DNA of 63,228 nt, the filler included, from Cercozoa sp. M6MM (Eukaryota; Protista; Endomyxa: Ascetosporea), in the NCBI GenBank assembly GCA_040357565.1. It is 8 parts of 8 records of this genome, joined end to end, with 100 filler letters (N's around TTAATTAATTAA, not from the genome) between each part and the next. Parts side by side here need not be neighbours in the genome. Positions count along the whole stretch, not along the records: positions 41,987 to 48,520 come from JBDODJ010000725.1; positions 48,621 to 62,002 come from JBDODJ010000359.1; 6 more parts are not named here. One strand, given 5' to 3'. Of the stretch, positions 45,782-57,000 are shown piece by piece. Made by a program: the position numbers and the translations under genes. Position 1 is the stretch's first letter, and each line of letters starts with the position of its first letter. The notes beneath the pieces are model-generated. The model was not told the origin of the DNA. It worked only from the letters and a program-made list of their open reading frames with translations, and did not search any database.

Positions 45782-47442
45782 ATGTCTGCCTCCCTGTACG
45801 GTACGTTGGTGTCACATCTCCCGTCTGTGTGATGGTGGCCTGTGATGTCGGAACTGCTCCTGCTTTTAGTCGGTGACCTGCTGCCGAATGTGACGGACAC
45901 GGGTAATACTCATCCCCACAATTTACCCTCATCGCATATCTGCCCACACTTATTATGCACTCACGTATTCCCTTAATGGGCGTAGCGATCTTTGAGATCT
46001 TCAACGCGTACATTCGCCTGTGTCGATCGCCTGTGTATGCCTGTGTTCACATTCCCTGTGCCCTCGCAGCGTCGGCCAGCTCAACTTTGTTCGTGTCGTG
46101 CGCGACTCGCAGACGCACAAGAGTCTCGGCTATGCCTACGTCAACTACATGTCGGCCGACGACGCCGAGCGCGCCCTCAACACGGTATGCCCCGACATCT
46201 GCCCTGCCTCTGATGATGTATATCTGTATGTGTCTGTGTGCGCAGCTGAACTTCACGCCGATCATGGGTCGCCCGTGCCGCATCATGTGGTCGCAGCGCG
46301 ACCCGACGCTGCGCAAGTCCAACGCCGGCAACGTGTTCGTCAAGAACCTCGACGCCAGCATCGACAACAAGACGCTGTACGACTCCTTCTCGGTATTCGG
46401 TAGCATTCTGTCGTGCAAGATCGCCACGGACGAGAACGGCAAGTGCCGCGGCTACGGCTATGTGCACTTTGAGAACGAGGAGGACGCGCGCCAGACCATC
46501 GAGAAGATCAACGGCATGGAGCTGCTCGGCAAGCGCATCTTTGCGGAGCCGTTCCGCCCGCGCTCGGACCGTCACCCGCAGGGCGAGCGCACCTTCACGA
46601 ACGTGTACGTCAAGCCGCTGGCGGCCGACACGGACGAGGAGGCGCTGAAGAACATGTTCTCTACCTTTGGTGAGATCACGTCGGCCGTTGTCATGAAGGA
46701 CGACGAGGGCAAGCCGCGCGGCTTTGGCTTCGTCAACTTTGGCGAGTGCGACGCCGCGGCCGCCGCCGTGGCGGAGCTGCACGGCAAGGTCGGCGTGGCC
46801 GGCGCCGAGGCCGACAAGCCGCTCACGGTGACGCGTGCCATGTCCATGACGGAGCGCAAGGGCTTCCTGAAGCGCGAGGAGGAGAAGCGCCGCTCGGAGA
46901 ACCAGAAGCGCTGGGCCGGCTGCAACCTCTACATCAAGAACCTGTCGGACGACATCACGACTGAGCGCCTGATCGAGGAGTTCAAGCAGTTCGGCGACAT
47001 CCAGTCGGCCGTCGTCATGAAGGACGCCGAGGGCAAGTCGCGCGGGTTTGGCTTCGTCTGCTTCTCGGCACCGGAGGAGGCGACCGAAGCGCTCACCAAG
47101 ATGCACAAGCAGGTGATTGGCGACCGCCCGGTCATGATCTCGTTCGCCGAGCGTAAGGAGCAGCGTCGTGCACGTCTCGAAAAGGAGCACGCTCACCGCA
47201 TGCAGCGCGTCAACCCGATGTACGGAGCTGGTGCGCAGATGTACTTTGCGCCGAATGCCGCGCAGATGCGTGGTGCCGCGCCGCAGTTCGGCGTCGTCGC
47301 TGCTCGTGGTGGCGGCCGCTACCCGGTGGGCGCCTCGATGCCGGTGCAGGGCATGTACCCGGTCGGCATGCAGCAGCCGCACCCGCAACAGGTGGCGCGC
47401 CAGCACCGCCGCAACAAGGTGCGTTGGGGAGGACCTCTTGTT

Positions 47443-47496
<54 letters not shown>

Positions 47497-47907
47497 TGGT
47501 GTTGTTGTTGTTGTTGTTGTTGCTACTCATTGCTTTCCTTGTGTGAGCAGGGCCAGCGTCGTGGACAGCAGGGCCGCAAGCAGCAGCAGCAGGGCGGCGC
47601 TGCTCCGAAGACCGAGGAGGCAAACCAGCAGTACGTCTCGAACCTGACTCCCAAGCAGGTACCGTCTTGTCGTCTTTCCTTGCCTCCCGTATCTGCAGAT
47701 GTATGTGTACATGTGCAGCAAATCTCGATGCTCGGCAACAAGCTCTTCCCCAAGGTGCAGGCCATTGTGGGTGATAAGGCGCCGAAGATTACGGGCATGC
47801 TGCTCGGTCTGCCGCTTAACGCTCTCGAGACACTTCTGCAGAACGAGGAGCAGCTCAAGGCCAAGGTCGATGAGGCCATGACGGTGCTTGAGGCGGCCGC
47901 GCAGTAA
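45782..47907 (+). CDS. PABPC: cytoplasmic polyadenylate-binding protein (4 RRM + MLLE/PABC)
   Basis: MSASLYVGDL..SLGYAYVNY..RIMWSQRDP; three further RRMs; C-terminal LGNKLFPKV..APKITGMLLG; 6 GT-AG introns. Confidence 0.96.
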
Positions 47908-48656
47908 CTGCCTGTCTGCCCGGCGCTCGCAAACGTGGTCGACTCGACTGCTTCTCGGCGGGTGTTCGGATCATTAGCTCTCTTGTTATCGTAGTCTTCT
48001 GGTATTCAGGCTTTGGCAGCACAAACCATTAATCGATCCCAGGAGGCGCTGGACCGCGGCTATAAAAGACATGTCTCCATAAGACTCCAAGTGTCACAAC
48101 GGACCGCGCCGAGAATATGCAGGAGACCACCACCCACTAGCTGGAGCTCCCCTAATGAAAAAATCTGACCCACCAATCTCAGTTCGGGGAGTGCAGCCAC
48201 AAACGACAAGATCACCGACACTAATCTGAGCGCAACGCATCCCCATTCTTTGATTAAGTTGCTTAATTAAACCACCTTGCATCTGCGGCGCGAGCCCCTC
48301 TTGTAGGGGCTAGGTGAAGTTAATGCCGGCTGTCGATGTTATGACATCCCTGAGTCACACGATCGTAGTAACTGGGTACGGCTTGCCCTGGCAGGGAGTG
48401 GGGGGGGGGGGGGGGGAGCCTGGTTCGAAAAGGGACCGGGAGGATAAAAAGGGGGGTGTTTTGGTCCCAAGAGGGGGGGGGGGGGAGCCAGGGGGGGGGG
48501 GGGGGGGCCCCCCCCCCCCCNNNNNNNNNNNNNNNNNNNNNNNNNNNNNNNNNNNNNNNNNNNNTTAATTAATTAANNNNNNNNNNNNNNNNNNNNNNNN
48601 NNNNNNNNNNNNNNNNNNNNCACACACACACACACACACACATACACATGCACAAG

Positions 48657-48776
48657 AAGGGTAGAGTTGGTGGAAGTACGAGTGCAGATGAGCGACAGCA
48701 CTTCGCGAATCGCGACGGCACTGAGCGAGAGTTGACTGCTGCGCTTGAGTGTCAGACGTAGCACCTGTGTGTGTAT

Positions 48777-48809
<33 letters not shown>

Positions 48810-49345
48810 AGTGTATGTGTGTGTGTGTGTGTTCAATTTAACATAAAAACAGCAGGGGAGGGAAGAACACTGAGGCAATCGCTACGCGGAGAGAGTCGAC
48901 CCAGGCGGCAGTGTCGGCACCGATTCCGAGAGTGTCCAGGTGCGCACGCATCAGTGCGAACAGCGGCTTGAACGACACGCGCCGGCGGGCCTGCCATCAT
49001 ACACACATCCATTTATATATCTATGGATACATATCGAGAACAAGTACCAGTCGAGTTCCTCGAATCATGTCTTTGAGTGCCTCGAGTCCGCCGGTGATGA
49101 AGGCCGATGAGCACACTCGGATGGGCGCTCCCTGTCTTAAAAAAAAACACACACACATGTATACATGCATGCGTATGTCGGCATGAAAGTCCTCATCTAT
49201 GTGCAGACACCTGGTTCTCAGACGGCATGGTCAGGTGGCGCAGCACAAAGGTCACTCCCGGAAACAGCGTCGTCAGCATGTGCATGCGCGTCTGCGTCTC
49301 TGCTGCGTTCTTCTCCTCTGCGCGTGTCGAAACAGACATAGACAC

Positions 49346-49430
<85 letters not shown>

Positions 49431-49452
49431 AAGAGAGAGATCACAGGCATAG

Positions 49453-49503
<51 letters not shown>

Positions 49504-49513
49504 NNNNNNNNNN

Positions 49514-49586
<73 letters not shown>

Positions 49587-50570
49587 GAGAGAGAGAGAAG
49601 AGAGACAGGGGAGAGGAAAGACAGAAAGAAACAGCTAGACAGGAGGGAGACACAACGTACGCGAGTAGATGGGCAGAAAAAGCGGCCGCATGTGCATGCA
49701 CCAGCGCACGAGTCGAGTCGCAGATAGACACGGCGAGTGTCGCAGAAAGTTGCTCAGCAGAGTGCCTGCCATGCCGAGACACTTGCGCTGCGTCTCCGTG
49801 CACTCGGCATCTACACAAGGGCGGACACAGGCCGTACATGCCGTGACAACATCTGGGACAGGAAGAAGGAGACCATACCAAGCAGTCGCTCGATGTAGCG
49901 CACCGTGTGTTGGAACAACTGGTCAACGAATTTGGTCGACAGGCGCGACATGTACTGCTGCGTCATGCTGCAGAGTGCCCGCAGTGCGACTTGGTGACAC
50001 TACAGAGACACAGTATACGCGTATGTGTGTATCTGTGAAGTAAGTTGCATACAGGTAGCAGTTCATTGCGGCGTAGTGCGTCGGCGCAGACGCGGCACAC
50101 CTGCTCGGCAGCATCGCCCAGCAGATGCCCGTGCGCCTCGGCGCTGCGACAGCTATCGGCCAGCGTGTGCACCGCGTCGCTGGTCTTGTCGGCGGCATTC
50201 TTCGTCTTGCCTATCTTGCTCTGTGCAGACACAAAACAACACAAAGGTATTGCAGAGATACAGCTATGCTGCAGCGACATAACTCTGCAAGCTTACGCTT
50301 TCCTGGTTGACCTGTGCGGCCAGCAAAGTCACCAGACGCGCTGCCGTGGTGCCGGACGTGTCCAACGCGCGCGAGTTACCCACCAAGCGATTCAGCTGCA
50401 CCGATGGTCGGCCAAACAGCGTTGCCACTTGCTCCATTGCAGCGCGGCGCTTGGTTATCTGTCGGTATCAAGCAAAATACTCGGCAAACGCACAGATCGA
50501 CTGGGTCCAACATTTTGGACAAGGAAATTACCAAGCTGCTGCTCAAATCACTCTCGATCTGCGCTATCAT
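48657..50570 (-). CDS. N-terminal part of a large helical protein, possibly ATM/Tel1 (TAN-like motif); 3' truncated
   Basis: Spliced start MIAQIESDLSSSL|ITKRRAAMEQVATLF...SGTTAARLVTLLAAQ resembles the Tel1/ATM N-terminal TAN motif; the kinase domain is not in the window. Confidence 0.4.
49343..49600 (+). repeat. compound (GACA)n/(GA)n intronic microsatellite
   Basis: Visible directly; includes a 10-N gap. Confidence 0.93.
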
Positions 50571-50741
50571 GGTTGTGTCCGCATATAAAAACAACAGGCA
50601 CACGTGCGCACACAATCTTGATACAATATTTGCAACTTTCGACCCAATGGATGGTTATTGCAATTGTTTTTTAGTCCCTCCGCGGACCACAACTGTCAGT
50701 GAGTGACTGGTGGCCCATGTTCCGCGCGGTTACAACACTCA

Positions 50742-53700
50742 ATGATTTTGGGTCCTAAAATCAGATATCAAACTGCGAAAGAGCTGCAACTGCACGTGCT
50801 GTCGACTGTGGCAAAGTCGGGACACGAGGCGCAGCTCGATGAGCTCAGTTCCCGATTCCCTCGTTCTCGTGCTTGGCGTGAGTAAAACGACATCACAGAG
50901 CCCGACTCCTGTTGCCCTCTTTCGGTTTGACATTGAGAATGAACCGTCAGAAGTCATTTTCAAGGGTATCATCAACGTGAGTCTGTACGAGGATGATGAA
51001 GATGTGACCGAATCCTCTTTGGAATCTTCGGGCGACGAAGTTTTGGACGAAGACGAAGAAAAAGGCGAAGGACACGATTCGTACGTGGGTCTTCGTCATT
51101 TGTCTCAAATATTCACGACTTTCACGCCGAGAACTCCAATGAAGCTTCTGTTTTGGAACTCCTCGCATGACGAAATCATCGTGAATGTTGCGAATCTGCG
51201 GCCGCTGACCTGGACAGACAGTCGAAACATCAATTTAAACAAGTATCTCATCACGCTTCTTGATCTTTTGCCGGGATACGCTGGTGATACGCAACGCAAA
51301 CTCGTGGTTCGTGCGATGGCAGAAGAGATTCGAGAAATCAACAAAAAAACTCGAGCGCAGAGCAGAGTCAGTGTACACATTGAAAGTGAACCCAGAGATG
51401 CGGTATCTTTGGGCAGCGACGAAGGTACTTGAAGGATTTTCACGTTGTTTGGATTCGTATTATTTCACGTCAGAGGAGATGGGCTCGACGGCTAAAAAAT
51501 ACGCAGCAACAGCTCGGTTGCTTCCAGAGGGTATTTCTGCTGTTGACGCAGACATCGCGAAACCCACGTTTTGGAGCAAACTGAACGCGAAATTTCTTCG
51601 GCCACTCACCCCGCAAGACGTCTTACGGATGCAAGCTTTGCAATCCAGCTTACTCGACTACACGCATCATACTCATTTGATGAAGCGGCTTGCACGACCG
51701 TGGACACTGTTGCTATTTGTCATGCTGGTCGTAGACATCTTTTGCGTCCCTGCACGGATTGCCTTTGGGTTTGACAATCGTGGCGTCGATCGAGGGACTA
51801 CCTTTATCGTGCTGGCTGCGCTCGCAGACATCGCTCTCTGTTTGGAAGTGTTTCGGCGACTTCTTGGTCGCTCCCATGGATACCACATGCACAGAGACAT
51901 GCAAATGTCCACAATTTTCGTGCTTATACTGTCCTTGATTCCACTCGACTGGATTGCGCTTGCATGGTCAACCCTGACCGTCGGATGGTTTCGTGTTAAC
52001 AAACTTCTCCGAGTTCCCATGATGGTAACAAATTGCGCCTATGTCCTGGAAATCCTCAGTGAGAGGGCGACTGGAATTTCTCGTCCTGCCATTTGGAAGC
52101 TTGCACTGCTTTTGTTCACGTACCTGACGCTTGCACACATCCTGGCGTGTGTGTGGTTCTACACTTCGGCAACTTCTCCGACCGCAAACACTCTGTCCTG
52201 GGCGTCGAAAGTAGGGCTAGTGAATCCCAGTACGAGTTGGTTTCGCCGCGAGTTGCTGAGCTACTACTGGGCAGCCGAATCCATGGTGACTGTCGGTTTT
52301 GGAGACATCATCGCAGTAACTACACGAGAAACAGTAGTATCGATCATAACAATGATCTGTGGCGTCATGATGTCGGCAGCAGTTATCTCTGCGCTGACGA
52401 ACCTGGCTATCGCGTCGGACGCAGCTGAGGCAGCGCACGCAAGCCACATGGTTGAGCTCGATCGGTACATGCGACTTCGGGATGTACCGAGCGACCTTCA
52501 AGAACGCGTGCGAATCTACTTCGCCTACCACTACGCGCAGACGCGAGGCGTTGATGAGCAGCAGTTGCTGATCGGGCTGCCTGAGAGACTTCGACAAGCG
52601 GTTCTGGGCGGACAAAGTATTCGCAAGCAACTAGAAGCCGTGACAACTTTCAGCAAAGCAAAAGGCTGTCAAGAATCTGCACGGTTTTTTACCGAACTTG
52701 TGGCTGCTGGGGAGCGGCAAATCGCAGCCCCTAACTGCGTCCTTCTGTCACTGGGATCCCAAGTCAAGGATTTTGTCCTGATTCTACACGGAACTGCGAT
52801 GAAGCAGCGGCCCGCTGCAGGCAAAGGATCAAGAGGAGAAGTCCTCAAGTTGCTGAACGAGGGAGACTACTATGGTCACTTTGGGGTATGCGGAGGTGTT
52901 GAAAAGGCAGTTGGTTTCGAAATCCGCTCTCGTGGTTTTGTGGAGATGCTCGTGATCTCGCGGGCGTCTTTTGATTCCGTTGCTCGCGCAATTCTGTCCT
53001 CAAAGGAGAGAGACGACTTTGCGTACGATGTAAAGCGGCAAGCGGAGCAGCAAGCAAAGCTAGCGAAGATGTTGGGTGGTGACGATATGGCAGCGTCAGG
53101 TGGGTTGGAGGTACCGCGGATCTACGTTGACCTCGGTGAAAGCACAAACTCTGTGTTGATGCGTTGAATGTGGTCGGTATGGGTGTTTAGGCGTTCGTGC
53201 AATACAAGCCGCGCAAGTTTCTCGACACAGTGCTCAACACCTCTCGTTTTCGAATGGTGTGGGCAGTATTTCATTTGCTCGTGGTGATGACTAACGGCAT
53301 CGTGTCTCCTCTACTCATCAAGGCCTCGGGATACGAAGCTATCGAGATTCCAGGACACGACGCTGTTGCATTTGGCATCAACCTCTTCGCGTTCTGCGTC
53401 TACTTTCCTCATTTAGTCATGAGGTTGCTCGTGTTTGACTTTGTCGACCAACACACAGGTGTGCGAATCAATAATTGGAAGACCTTGTCGCGTTCGTACA
53501 TCCTGGGAACATCGTTTGTCTTCGTTGTTGATGCCGTTTCTGCCATGCCGTTTGGACTGTTCTGGGAGCACACACTCGTAGTCGCAATCTGCTTGAACTT
53601 CAAGCTGTTGAACCTGCCGCAGTATCTCACGAGGGTGGAAGCGCGAGTGAGTGGCAGTGGCGGAGGTTTCTCGGGACCTATCAAACGCATGATTCGCTTG

Positions 53701-53911
53701 CTGTGTGGTCTCGTGTATCTGGTGCACTGGAGTGCAGTCACTTTCCTTCTCTTGCATCGCGTAAACCAAGAAAATAACACGTGGTTGAACAACGCGACGT
53801 TGCGAGGCACTGCTACAAGCAACGAGTACTTGACTTCACTGTATTTCACAGTCGTGACGATGACAACGATAGGTAACGTGAACTTCAAGCCATACAAACG
53901 ACCACAGATTC

Positions 53912-53982
<71 letters not shown>

Positions 53983-53992
53983 NNNNNNNNNN

Positions 53993-54041
<49 letters not shown>

Positions 54042-57000
54042 GTCCATTGATAGGGTACGGCGACATTTCTCCCGAGTTGTCGCAGTCCACCGAAGTTGGC
54101 TTTGCGGTGGCTGTGGTGCTAGTTGGCGGGCTGCTGTATCCGACGATTGTTGGCGCGGTGGCAACTTTACAGGCGTCTTTGTCGGCAGGCAGTCGCATGT
54201 TCTGGAAATCAGTGGGAGACTGGCAGTCAATCATGTCGATGATGCAGATTCCAATGGCACTCCGGCACCGCGTGGTGGGATTCTTCGAGTACGCTTGGCT
54301 CAGACAGCGTGGTCTTGATGAAAAAAAGATGCTTGAATCGCTTCCGCCTGCGCTGAGGAAAGACGTTGTGCAGTCTACAAATCTGCATTTGCTGCGTCGT
54401 GGTGCTCTCTTCTCATCGGCGCCAGACTCGTTCTTGACTACGCTCCTCTTGAACATGAATCCTCGGGTATTCGCGCCGAACGATTTGCTTTTGCATCGAA
54501 GACAAACAAGTCCTCAAAAACTACCTAGAGCTTCGATGTCAGAGCTTCGTCGCGAATCTACCGAAAGTACCGTAGTTTCAAAAGCAATCCCGAAAGAAGA
54601 CGAGTCGTTGCTGCAGAAGCTCGGTCGAGACGAGCTAGCGGAAGCCGAGTTTGACCACTGCCTTGTCCTCGTAAAAAGCGGGCGCTTGGCCATTGAGACC
54701 GAAGCAGAGCCAGCGAAATCCACCAGACTCAATGAAATAGAGGCTCCGGTGGTAATTGGTGAAGGCATTTGGTCTGGCAGAAAGCGTGCAACAGCCTGCG
54801 TTCGAGCCTTGTCATTTGTCGACGCGTACGTTCTCCCATGGAGTCAGCTCCCCGAGGTGGCACGCCAGCACCCGGAAGAGTTTCGCGCGTTTCGCACGAA
54901 AGCACGAGAACTCAGCAGCGAGAGAACAGCCATTGACAGTCTAATCATCAACAACCTCCGAAATTATGAAAAGCTCGAGTTTCTTCGAGAAGCAAACCGA
55001 CTGACTCAGGTACTACATCATTGTCAAAGAAATTATTGCCAACTCATGCGTAGTTCGTAGAAGGAAGCGGCGGCATTTGAGTCGCGATATCTTGACACCG
55101 CATCCTTGGTTTCTGCGAAACGGAAGAAAGGCGCTCTATGTCTTGCCTCGGTGCCCATTATCCACCCGACAAGCAAGTTTCGATTCGCCTGGGATCTCGC
55201 ATCGCTTTTTTGCATTTTCGCGCAGTGCCTTCTTGCGCTCTGGAACTTCTTTGCGCTGGCAGCGCGCGACTCGGTCTTGGTCAACGGCGTCATTGACAGT
55301 GCACTGCGAGCCTACATTCTCATTGACTACTCTTTCGAGCTGTTTTTCATAGCCGACCTTTTCTTTCGGATGCGCCGGTTCGCATACTTCCACCTCGGCA
55401 GTCTCATCGTTGACCCACAACGAATCTCGAAACGATTTTGGGAGAATCATGGTTACATCGATTTTGTCCCAGTGTTCGTCATGCTGCTCTCGGGGATTTT
55501 GTTGGGTGCTCTGCCCTCGGGAAACTACGCTGCGCCTGCTGCAATCGTTGGGATGCGACTGTGCGCGCTCTTGCGAATCAGGCATGTCAACGGTTTGTTC
55601 AAACGAGCTGAATCCAAACTGCAGAACTCGAAGTTCAACATCCATCACGCGTTTGTGCGATTACAAAAGCTGACAGTTGTTGTCGTTATGGTGTCTCACT
55701 TCTTTGCCGTCGTTTTCTACTACGTCGGCAAACGAGGGGTTGTGAGCAACACAAGCACGTGGTTCGGTCGGCAAGTGGATTCAGATCTTCTTAAAGCAGA
55801 CAGACTGAGCACAGAAAGTCCTGGACAACTGTTCTGGGGCGGATACCTCAGGGCACTTAATTGGTCCTTGCCGACACTGGTCGTGGTGGTTATTGGCGAC
55901 GTCACCCCCGTATCTGAAACCGAAATAGCGTTCGTCGTGTTCACCATTCTCGTCGGTGTTAGCTTGAACGCCCTCGTTATTGGCTCAATCGCGGAAGCTG
56001 TGTCACTCCGAAGCGAACACATGGCTGCCTTTCGCACCAAACAAACAGCTTGTGAGCGCTTTTTGGCTTCTTGTGTTGGGCGAAAAGTGATCCCTTTTGA
56101 GCTGGAGAACAAAGTCAAGCTCTACCACGAGTTTCTGTGGAACAAGTTCAAAGGTTTTGATCTAGGAAAGATGATGAAGCAACTGCCACCTTCGCTTGCG
56201 TTGGATGTCCGTGCTGCGTCGCAGGTTCATGCCCTTCGACGAGCAAAGATCTTCGCAGATTTGCCGCCTTACTTAAAGCACGAGCTTGCCGCTCGTCTTC
56301 GTTCACGAATGCTCGTGCCCGGAGAGATGTTCATCCAGCAAGGAGAAATCAACGATTTCTTGTTTTTTGTTGACACTGGTCTGGTCGGTGTTTGGATACC
56401 GAAAGAAAACAAGCTCACCGGAGACCCGTCGGTGACGCTCCGCGGACCCGTCGTGATCGGCGAAAAGGGGTTTCTTCAACAGATTCCGCGGACCGCAACC
56501 TGCATCGCACTCGAGATGTGCCAGTCGTATGTTCTAAGCAGGCGTGACCTCGAACGTTCGCTCGCCGAGCGCTCTGATGGCAGTGACATGCTTGAAGAGA
56601 TGCTGGACAAAATTAGAGAAGCCGGGGAGTCGCAAATTTCTCGCGTGTCAGTTCGGGTGAAAAAACAACTTGAAGGAAACACCGCGAGCTTTAGCGAAAT
56701 ACGAAAGTCGGAGGTTGAGCGACAAAAAGTGAAGAAACCCATTCAAGCCGCAAAGTGGCTCAAAGCTGAAATGTCAAGAACAAACTCGCGATTGCTGCAA
56801 CCCGCGTATCGAAGCTCTACCTACGCCGAGTGTGTTGAAGACGTCCCACAAGCAATTGTCGAGTCTTCCACAGTGCCAATGGGACATCCACTTTCTACCT
56901 TGCGACGGTTGCTTTGGCCTCTCTTGATTCTCGTGACATCAGTGGTCGACGTCGTAACGCTCCCGCTGGCGATCGCTTTTTTTGGTCTCCCAGGCCTCCG

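Noticed and set aside
46177-47406. 409-aa antisense ORF over PABP
   Set aside because: Shadow ORF caused by the strong GC3 codon bias of a highly expressed gene.
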